In this document: positions 53,604 through 64,000 of the stretch, in pieces
Numbering within the stretch: position 1 is the first letter of the stretch
How the letters are laid out: each line of letters starts with the position of its first letter
Made by a program: the position numbers and the translations under genes
NCBI GenBank assembly: GCA_964016885.1
Contig: OZ024743.1
Location: forward strand, 212,164,001 to 212,228,000
Source: Eledone cirrhosa
Lineage: Eukaryota
Length of the DNA: 64,000 nucleotides
Direction of reading: 5' to 3'
Notes under the pieces: model-generated
Told to the model about the DNA's origin: nothing
Seen by the model: the letters and a program-made list of their open reading frames with translations, nothing else
The model's database searches: none

Positions 53604-56600
53604 TAGCCAATGAGTGTCTGCACATGTACCAGTAATTACAGATGGATCCCACCACGGGCGGCCGGCCCACAATCGAAAAGGTTACTCCGCCTGCAAATCG
53701 TCATTTTCGGATTCGTTTTCTTCGAAGCACACCATTCGCCGGCGGACTTCAGCTGCCTCATTTAGCATGGGCAGTTTTTCTTGAAGATCACACCACACAC
53801 AGCCAATGAGTGTCTGCACATGTACCAGTAATTACAGATGGATCCCACCACGGGCGGCCGGCCCACAATCGAAAAGGTTACTCCGCCTGCAAATCGTCAT
53901 TTTCGGATTCGTTTTCTTCGAAGCACACCATTCGCCGGCGGACTTCAGCTGCCTCATTTAGCATGAGCAGTTTTTCTTGAAGATCACACCACACACAGCC
54001 AATGAGTGTCTGCACATGTACCAGTAATTACAGATGGATCCCACCACGGGCGGCCGGCCCACAATCGAAAAGGTTACTCCGCCTGCAAATCGTCATTTTC
54101 GGATTCGTTTTCTTCGAAGCACACCATTCGCCGGCGGACTTCAGCTGCCTCATTTAGCATGGGCAGTTTTTCTTGAAGATCACACCACACACAGCCAATG
54201 AGTGTCTGCACATGTACCAGTAATTACAGATGGATCCCACCACGGGCGGCCGGCCCACAATCGAAAAGGTTACTCCGCCTGCAAATCGTCATTTTCGGAT
54301 TCGTTTTCTTCGAAGCACACCATTCGCCGGCGGACTTCAGCTGCCTCATTTAGCATGGGCAGTTTTTCTTGAAGATCACACCACACACAGCCAATGAGTG
54401 TCTGCACATGTACCAGTAATTAGAGATCGATCCGACCACGGGCGGCCGGCCCACGATCGAGAAAAAGGTAACTCCGCCGGCAAATCGTCATTTTTGTGAT
54501 CCGTTTTCTTCGAAGCACACCATTCGCCGCCGGACTTCAGCTGCCTCATTTAGCATGGGCAGTTTTTTTTGAAAATCACACCACACACAACCAATGTGTG
54601 TCTGCACATGTACCAGTAATTACAGATCGATCCGACCACGGGCGGCCGGCCCGCGATTGAAAAGGTAACTCCGCCGGCAAATCGTCATTTTTGTGATTCG
54701 TTTTCTTCGAAGCACACCATTCGCCGCCGGACTTCAGCTGCCTCATTTAGCATGGGCAGTTTTTTTTGAAAATCACACCACACACAACCAATGTGTGTCT
54801 GCACATGTACCAGTAATTACAGATCGATCCCACCACGAGTTCAATGTAAACAAACTTACGCTCAACGACTTTGTTGACGTTTAACACGGTTTGGTTCCAC
54901 AGCCACAACTATTGATTTTACGGAGATATCTTGCTGAAATTCACGCCACACATAGCCAATGAGTGTCTGCACATGTATCAGTAATTACAGATCGATCCGA
55001 CCACGCCCGGCCGGCCCGCGATTGAAAAGGTAACTCCGCCGGCAAATCGTCATTTTTGGATTCGTTTTCTTCGAAGCACACCATTCGCCGGCGGACTTTG
55101 TTGACGTTTAACACGGTTTGGTTCCACAGCCACAACTATTGATTTTAAGTAGATATCTTGCTGAAATTCACGCCACACATAGCCAATGAGTGTCTGCACA
55201 TGTACCAGTAATTACAGATGGATCCCACCACGGGCGGCCGGCCCACAATCGAAAAGGTTACTCCGCCTGCAAATCGTCATTTTCGGATTCGTTTTCTTCG
55301 AAGCACACCATTCGCCAGCGGACTTCAGCTGCCTCATTTAGCATGAGCAGTTTTTCTTGAAGATCACACCACACACAGCCAATGAGTGTCTGCACATGTA
55401 CCAGTAATTAGAGATCGATCCGACCACGGGCGGCCGGCCCACGATCGAGAAAAAGGTAACTCCGCCGGCAAATCGTCATTTTTGTGATCCGTTTTCTTCG
55501 AAGCACACCATTCGCCGCCGGACTTCAGCTGCCTCATTTAGCATGGGCAGTTTTTTTTGAAAATCACACCACACACAACCAATGTGTGTCTGCACATGTA
55601 CCAGTAATTACAGATCGATCCCACCACGGGCGGCCGGCCCACAATCGAAAAGGTTACTCCGCCTGCAAATCGTCATTTTCGGATTCGTTTTCTTCGAAGC
55701 ATACCATTCGCCGGCGGACTTCAGCTGCCTCATTTAGCATGAGCAGTTTTTCTTGAAGATCACACCACACACAGCCAATGAGTGTCTGCACATGTACCAG
55801 TAATTACAGATGGATCCCACCACGGGCGGCCGGCCCACAATCGAAAAGGTTACTCCGCCTGCAAATCGTCATTTTCGGATTCGTTTTCTTCGAAGCACAC
55901 CATTCGCCGGCGGACTTCAGCTGCCTCATTTAGCATGAGCAGTTTTTCTTGAAGATCACACCACACACAGCCAATGAGTGTCTGCACATGTACCAGTAAT
56001 TACAGATGGATCCCACCACGGGCGGCCGGCCCACAATCGAAAAGGTTACTCCGCCTGCAAATCGTCATTTTCGGATTCGTTTTCTTCGAAGCACACCATT
56101 CGCCGGCGGACTTCAGCTGCCTCATTTAGCATGGGCAGTTTTTCTTGAAGATCACACCACACACAGCCAATGAGTGTCTGCACATGTACCAGTAATTACA
56201 GATGGATCCCACCACGGGCGGCCGGCCCACAATCGAAAAGGTTACTCCGCCTGCAAATCGTCATTTTCGGATTCGTTTTCTTCGAAGCACACCATTCGCC
56301 GGCGGACTTCAGCTGCCTCATTTAGCATGGGCAGTTTTTCTTGAAGATCACACCACACACAGCCAATGAGTGTCTGCACATGTACCAGTAATTAGAGATC
56401 GATCCGACCACGGGCGGCCGGCCCACGATCGAGAAAAAGGTAACTCCGCCGGCAAATCGTCATTTTTGTGATCCGTTTTCTTCGAAGCACACCATTCGCC
56501 GCCGGACTTCAGCTGCCTCATTTAGCATGGGCAGTTTTTTTTGAAAATCACACCACACACAACCAATGTGTGTCTGCACATGTACCAGTAATTACAGATC

Positions 56601-59600
56601 GATCCGACCACGGGCGGCCGGCCCGCGATTGAAAAGGTAACTCCGCCGGCAAATCGTCATTTTTGTGATTCGTTTTCTTCGAAGCACACCATTCGCCGCC
56701 GGACTTCAGCTGCCTCATTTAGCATGGGCAGTTTTTTTTGAAAATCACACCACACACAACCAATGTGTGTCTGCACATGTACCAGTAATTACAGATCGAT
56801 CCCACCACGAGTTCAATGTAAACAAACTTACGCTAAACTACTTTGTTGACGTTTAACACGGTTTGGTTCCACAGCCACAACTATTGATTTTAAGGAGATA
56901 TCTTGCTGAAATTCACGCCACACATAGCCAATGAGTGTCTGCACATGTACCAGTAATTACAGATGGATCCCACCACGGGCGGCCGGCCCACAATCGAAAA
57001 GGTTACTCCGCCTGCAAATCGTCATTTTCGGATTCGTTTTCTTCGAAGCACACCATTCGCCGGCGGACTTCAGCTGCCTCATTTAGCATGAGCAGTTTTT
57101 CTTGAAGATCACACCACACACAGCCAATGAGTGTCTGCACATGTACCAGTAATTACAGATGGATCCCACCACGGGCGGCCGGCCCACAATCGAAAAGGTT
57201 ACTCCGCCTGCAAATCGTCATTTTCGGATTCGTTTTCTTCGAAGCACACCATTCGCCGGCGGACTTCAGCTGCCTCATTTAGCATGAGCAGTTTTTCTTG
57301 AAGATCACACCACACATAGCCAATGAGTGTCTGCACATGTACCAGTAATTACAGATGGATCCCACCACGGGCGGCCGGCCCACAATCGAAAAGGTTACTC
57401 CGCCTGCAAATCGTCATTTTCGGATTCGTTTTCTTCGAAGCACACCATTCGCCGGCGGACTTCAGCTGCCTCATTTAGCATGGGCAGTTTTTCTTGAAGA
57501 TCACACCACACACAGCCAATGAGTGTCTGCACATGTACCAGTAATTACAGATGGATCCCACCACGGGCGGCCGGCCCACAATCGAAAAGGTTACTCCGCC
57601 TGCAAATCGTCATTTTCGGATTCGTTTTCTTCGAAGCACACCATTCGCCGGCGGACTTCAGCTGCCTCATTTAGCATGGGCAGTTTTTCTTGAAGATCAC
57701 ACCACACACAGCCAATGAGTGTCTGCACATGTACCAGTAATTAGAGATCGATCCGACCACGGGCGGCCGGCCCACGATCGAGAAAAAGGTAACTCCGCCG
57801 GCAAATCGTCATTTTTGTGATCCGTTTTCTTCGAAGCACACCATTCGCCGCCGGACTTCAGCTGCCTCATTTAGCATGGGCAGTTTTTTTTGAAAATCAC
57901 ACCACACACAACCAATGTGTGTCTGCACATGTACCAGTAATTACAGATCGATCCGACCACGGGCGGCCGGCCCGCGATTGAAAAGGTAACTCCGCCGGCA
58001 AATCGTCATTTTTGTGATTCGTTTTCTTCGAAGCACACCATTCGCCGCCGGACTTCAGCTGCCTCATTTAGCATGAGCAGTTTTTCTTGAAGATCACACC
58101 ACACACAGCCAATGAGTGTCTGCACATGTACCAGTAATTAGAGATCGATCCGACCACGAGTTCAATGTAAACAAACTTACGCTCAACGACTTTGTTGACG
58201 TTTAACACGGTTTGGTTCCACAGCCACAACTATTGATTTTAAGGAGATATCTTGCTGGAATTCACGCCACACATAGCCAATGAGTGTCTGCACATGTACC
58301 AGTAATTACAGATGGATCCCACCACGGGCGGCCGGCCCACAATCGAAAAGGTTACTCCGCCTGCAAATCGTCATTTTCGGATTCGTTTTCTTCGAAGCAC
58401 ACCATTCGCCGGCGGACTTCAGCTGCCTTATTTAACATGGGCAGTTTTTCTTGAAGATCACACCACACACAGCCAATGAGTGTCTGCACATGTACCAGTA
58501 ATTAGAGATCGATCCGACCACGGGCGGCCGGCCCACGATCGAGAAAATGGTAACTCCGCCGGCAAATCGTCATTTTTGTGATCCGTTTTCTTCGAAGCAC
58601 ACCATTCGCCGCCGGACTTCAGCTGCCTCATTTAGCATGGGCAGTTTTTTTTGAAAATCACACCACACACAACCAATGTGTGTCTGCACATGTACCAGTA
58701 ATTACAGATCGATCCGACCACGGGCGGCCGGCCCGCGATTGAAAAGGTAACTCCGCCGGCAAATCGTCATTTTTGTGATTCGTTTTCTTCGAAGCACACC
58801 ATTCGCCGCCGGACTTCAGCTGCCTCATTTAGCATGGGCAGTTTTTTTTGAAAATCACACCACACACAACCAATGTGTGTCTGCACATGTACCAGTAATT
58901 ACAGATCGATCCCACCACGAGTTCAATGTAAACAAACTTACGCTCAACGACTTTGTTGACGTTTAACACGGTTTGGTTCCACAGCCACAACTATTGATTT
59001 TACGGAGATATCTTGCTGAAATTCACGCCACACATAGCCAATGAGTGTCTGCACATGTGTCAGTAATTACAGATCGATCCGACCACGGACGGCCGGCCCG
59101 CGATTGAAAAGGTAACTCCGCCGGCAAATCGTCATTTTTGGATTCGTTTTCTTCGAAGCACACCATTCGCCGGCGGACTTTGTTGACGTTTAACACGGTT
59201 TGGTTCCACAGCCACAACTATTGATTTTAAGGAGATATCTTGCTGAAATTCACGCCACACATAGCCAATGAGTGTCTGCACATGTACCAGTAATTACAGA
59301 TGGATCCCACCACGGGCGGCCGGCCCACAATCGAAAAGGTTACTCCGCCTGCAAATCGTCATTTTCGGATTCGTTTTCTTCGAAGCACACCATTCGCCGG
59401 CGGACTTCAGCTGCCTCATTTAGCATGAGCAGTTTTTCTTGAAGATCACACCACACATAGCCAATGAGTGTCTGCACATGTACCAGTAATTACAGATGGA
59501 TCCCACCACGGGCGGCCGGCCCACAATCGAAAAGGTTACTCCGCCTGCAAATCGTCATTTTCGGATTCGTTTTCTTCGAAGCACACCATTCGCCGGCGGA

Positions 59601-62600
59601 CTTCAGCTGCCTCATTTAGCATGGGCAGTTTTTCTTGAAGATCACACCACACACAGCCAATGAGTGTCTGCACATGTACCAGTAATTACAGATGGATCCC
59701 ACCACGGGCGGCCGGCCCACAATCGAAAAGGTTACTCCGCCTGCAAATCGTCATTTTCGGATTCGTTTTCTTCGAAGCACACCATTCGCCGGCGGACTTC
59801 AGCTGCCTCATTTAGCATGAGCAGTTTTTCTTGAAGATCACACCACACACAGCCAATGAGTGTCTGCACATGTACCAGTAATTACAGATGGATCCCACCA
59901 CGGGCGGCCGGCCCACAATCGAAAAGGTTACTCCGCCTGCAAATCGTCATTTTCGGATTCGTTTTCTTCGAAGCACACCATTCGCCGGCGGACTTCAGCT
60001 GCCTCATTTAGCATGGGCAGTTTTTCTTGAAGATCACACCACACACAGCCAATGAGTGTCTGCACATGTACCAGTAATTACAGATGGATCCCACCACGGG
60101 CGGCCGGCCCACAATCGAAAAGGTTACTCCGCCTGCAAATCGTCATTTTCGGATTCGTTTTCTTCGAAGCACACCATTCGCCGGCGGACTTCAGCTGCCT
60201 CATTTAGCATGGGCAGTTTTTCTTGAAGATCACACCACACACAGCCAATGAGTGTCTGCACATGTACCAGTAATTAGAGATCGATCCGACCACGGGCGGC
60301 CGGCCCACGATCGAGAAAAAGGTAACTCCGCCGGCAAATCGTCATTTTTGTGATCCGTTTTCTTCGAAGCACACCATTCGCCGCCGGACTTCAGCTGCCT
60401 CATTTAGCATGGGCAGTTTTTTTTGAAAATCACACCACACACAACCAATGTGTGTCTGCACATGTACCAGTAATTACAGATCGATCCGACCACGGGCGGC
60501 CGGCCCGCGATTGAAAAGGTAACTCCGCCGGCAAATCGTCATTTTTGTGATTCGTTTTCTTCGAAGCACACCATTCGCCGCCGGACTTCAGCTGCCTCAT
60601 TTAGCATGGGCAGTTTTTTTTGAAAATCACACCTCACACAACCAATGTGTGTCTGCACATGTACCAGTAATTACAGATCGATCCCACCACGAGTTCAATG
60701 TAAACAAACTTACGCTCAACGACTTTGTTGACGTTTAACACGGTTTGGTTCCACAGCCACAACTATTGATTTTACGGAGATATCTTGCTGAAATTCACGC
60801 CACACATAGCCAATGAGTGTCTGCACATGTATCAGTAATTACAGATCGATCCGACCACGCACGGCCGGCCCGCGATTGAAAAGGTAACTCCGCCGGCAAA
60901 TCGTCATTTTTGGATTCGTTTTCTTCGAAGCACACCATTCGCCGGCGGACTTTGTTGACGTTTAACACGGTTTGGTTCCACAGCCACAACTATTGATTTT
61001 AAGTAGATATCTTGCTGAAATTCACGCCACACATAGCCAATGAGTGTCTGCACATGTACCAGTAATTACAGATGGATCCCACCACGGGCGGCCGGCCCAC
61101 AATCGAAAAGGTTACTCCGCCTGCAAATCGTCATTTTCGGATTCGTTTTCTTCGAAGCACACCATTCGCCGGCGGACTTCAGCTGCCTCATTTAGCATGA
61201 GCAGTTTTTCTTGAAGATCACACCACACACAGCCAATGAGTGTCTGCACATGTACCAGTAATTAGAGATCGATCCGACCACGGGCGGCCGGCCCACGATC
61301 GAGAAAAAGGTAACTCCGCCGGCAAATCGTCATTTTTGTGATCCGTTTTCTTCGAAGCACACCATTCGCCGCCGGACTTCAGCTGCCTCATTTAGCATGG
61401 GCAGTTTTTTTTGAAAATCACACCACACACAACCAATGTGTGTCTGGACATGTACCAGTAATTACAGATCGATCCCACCACGGGCGGCCGGCCCACAATC
61501 GAAAAGGTTACTCCGCCTGCAAATCGTCATTTTCGGATTCGTTTTCTTCGAAGCATACCATTCGCCGGCGGACTTCAGCTGCCTCATTTAGCATGAGCAG
61601 TTTTTCTTGAAGATCACACCACACACAGCCAATGAGTGTCTGCACATGTACCAGTAATTACAGATGGATCCCACCACGGGCGGCCGGCCCACAATCGAAA
61701 AGGTTACTCCGCCTGCAAATCGTCATTTTCGGATTCGTTTTCTTCGAAGCACACCATTCGCCGGCGGACTTCAGCTGCCTCATTTAGCATGAGCAGTTTT
61801 TCTTGAAGATCACACCACACACAGCCAATGAGTGTCTGCACATGTACCAGTAATTACAGATGGATCCCACCACGGGCGGCCGGCCCACAATCGAAAAGGT
61901 TACTCCGCCTGCAAATCGTCATTTTCGGATTCGTTTTCTTCGAAGCACACCATTCGCCGGCGGACTTCAGCTGCCTCATTTAGCATGGGCAGTTTTTCTT
62001 GAAGATCACACCACACACAGCCAATGAGTGTCTGCACATGTACCAGTAATTACAGATGGATCCCACCACGGGCGGCCGGCCCACAATCGAAAAGGTTACT
62101 CCGCCTGCAAATCGTCATTTTCGGATTCGTTTTCTTCGAAGCACACCATTCGCCGGCGGACTTCAGCTGCCTCATTTAGCATGGGCAGTTTTTCTTGAAG
62201 ATCACACCACACACAGCCAATGAGTGTCTGCACATGTACCAGTAATTAGAGATCGATCCGACCACGGGCGGCCGGCCCACGATCGAGAAAAAGGTAACTC
62301 CGCCGGCAAATCGTCATTTTTGTGATCCGTTTTCTTCGAAGCACACCATTCGCCGCCGGACTTCAGCTGCCTCATTTAGCATGGGCAGTTTTTTTTGAAA
62401 ATCACACCACACACAACCAATGTGTGTCTGCACATGTACCAGTAATTACAGATCGATCCGACCACGGGCGGCCGGCCCGCGATTGAAAAGGTAACTCCGC
62501 CGGCAAATCGTCATTTTTGTGATTCGTTTTCTTCGAAGCACACCATTCGCCGCCGGACTTCAGCTGCCTCATTTAGCATGGGCAGTTTTTTTTGAAAATC

Positions 62601-62746
62601 ACACCACACACAACCAATGTGTGTCTGCACATGTACCAGTAATTACAGATCGATCCCACCACGAGTTCAATGTAAACAAACTTACGCTAAACTACTTTGT
62701 TGACGTTTAACACGGTTTGGTTCCACAGCCACAACTATTGATTTTA
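52300..62746. repeat. 5854-bp (30-monomer) tandem duplication, about 1.8 copies, overlapping the end of the 2930-bp block
   Basis: ORF offsets 52921/58775, 54693/60547, 55484/61338 and 56665/62519 all equal 5854. Rare variants ATGTATCAG, TAAGTAGAT, AAGCATACC and GCTAAACTAC are shared. 15A+5B+4C+4D+2E sums to 5854. Confidence 0.92.
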
Positions 62747-64000
62747 CGGAGATATCTTGCTGAAATTCACGCCACACATAGCCAATGAGTGTCTGCACAT
62801 GTGTCAGTAATTACAGATCGATCCGACCACGGACGGCCGGCCCGCGATTGAAAAGGTAACTCCTCCGGCAAATCGTCATTTTTGGATTCGTTTTCTTCGA
62901 AGCACACCATTCGCCGGCGGACTTTGTTGACGTTTAACACGGTTTGGTTCCACAGCCACAACTATTGATTTTAAGGAGATATCTTGCTGAAATTCACGCC
63001 ACACATAGCCAATGAGTGTCTGCACATGTACCAGTAATTACAGATGGATCCCACCACGGGCGGCCGGCCCACAATCGAAAAGGTTACTCCGCCTGCAAAT
63101 CGTCATTTTCGGATTCGTTTTCTTCGAAGCACACCATTCGCCGGCGGACTTCAGCTGCCTCATTTAGCATGAGCAGTTTTTCTTGAAGATCACACCACAC
63201 ACAGCCAATGAGTGTCTGCACATGTACCAGTAATTACAGATGGATCCCACCACGGGCGGCCGGCCCACAATCGAAAAGGTTACTCCGCCTGCAAATCGTC
63301 ATTTTCGGATTCGTTTTCTTCGAAGCACACCATTCGCCGGCGGACTTCAGCTGCCTCATTTAGCATGAGCAGTTTTTCTTGAAGATCACACCACACATAG
63401 CCAATGAGTGTCTGCACATGTACCAGTAATTACAGATGGATCCCACCACGGGCGGCCGGCCCACAATCGAAAAGGTTACTCCGCCTGCAAATCGTCATTT
63501 TCGGATTCGTTTTCTTCGAAGCACACCATTCGCCGGCGGACTTCAGCTGCCTCATTTAGCATGGGCAGTTTTTCTTGAAGATCACACCACACACAGCCAA
63601 TGAGTGTCTGCACATGTACCAGTAATTACAGATGGATCCCACCACGGGCGGCCGGCCCACAATCGAAAAGGTTACTCCGCCTGCAAATCGTCATTTTCGG
63701 ATTCGTTTTCTTCGAAGCACACCATTCGCCGGCGGACTTCAGCTGCCTCATTTAGCATGGGCAGTTTTTCTTGAAGATCACACCACACACAGCCAATGAG
63801 TGTCTGCACATGTACCAGTAATTAGAGATCGATCCGACCACGGGCGGCCGGCCCACGATCGAGAAAAAGGTAACTCCGCCGGCAAATCGTCATTTTTGTG
63901 ATCCGTTTTCTTCGAAGCACACCATTCGCCGCCGGACTTCAGCTGCCTCATTTAGCATGGGCAGTTTTTTTTGAAAATCACACCACACACAACCAATGTG

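Larger units (their letters stand above)
1..64000. repeat. Tandem satellite DNA array, ~196-200 bp basic period, about 325 monomers, all in the same orientation; runs off both window ends
   Basis: The anchor CACATGTACCAGTAATTA recurs at 61, 261, 457, 653, 849, 1045, 1245, 1442, 1669, 1865, 2033, 2260 ... 63807. Spacings are only 196, 200, 197, 168 or 227 bp. No unique sequence or inversion was seen. Confidence 0.99.

Noticed and set aside
152-62961. Recurrent 61-90 aa ORFs (MIRFLRSTPF..., MWLWNQTV..., MDPTTGG...)
   Set aside because: They are short, many start at GTG/TTG, and they change frame between monomers because 196, 197 and 200 are not multiples of 3. They are broken by single SNPs and have no recognisable domain, so they are by-products of the repeat.
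1-64000. CRISPR array or integron-like cassette array (conserved box alternating with variable bodies)
   Set aside because: The intervening segments are not unique spacers or genes but the same few sequences repeated. Unit sizes do not fit, and no cas or integrase gene is present.

Overview
The whole 64 kb is one uninterrupted, head-to-tail, single-orientation tandem satellite array of about 325 monomers. I find no credible gene, RNA gene, transposon ORF or CRISPR array, and every listed ORF is a by-product of the repeat. Cutting at the shared motif CACATGTACCAGTAATTA parses the window into five monomer classes: A (196 bp), B (200 bp), C (197 bp), D (168 bp) and E (227 bp). A, B and C are about 90% identical subfamilies. 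D swaps about 125 bp of the satellite for an unrelated 97-bp, more AT-rich segment and keeps a ~71-bp shared box. E is a C/D chimera joined at a 5-bp GACTT microhomology. The monomers build nested higher-order repeats (984, 1184, 1580, 2930, 5854 and 6249 bp), with a haplotype-domain switch near 45 kb and a ~3.4 kb block re-copied ~28.6 kb away. The monomer is rich in dyad symmetry and has two interleaved inverted repeats, one with apparent compensatory changes between subfamilies. The architecture resembles a eukaryotic (peri)centromeric or heterochromatic satellite, but the organism and function cannot be established from the sequence alone.
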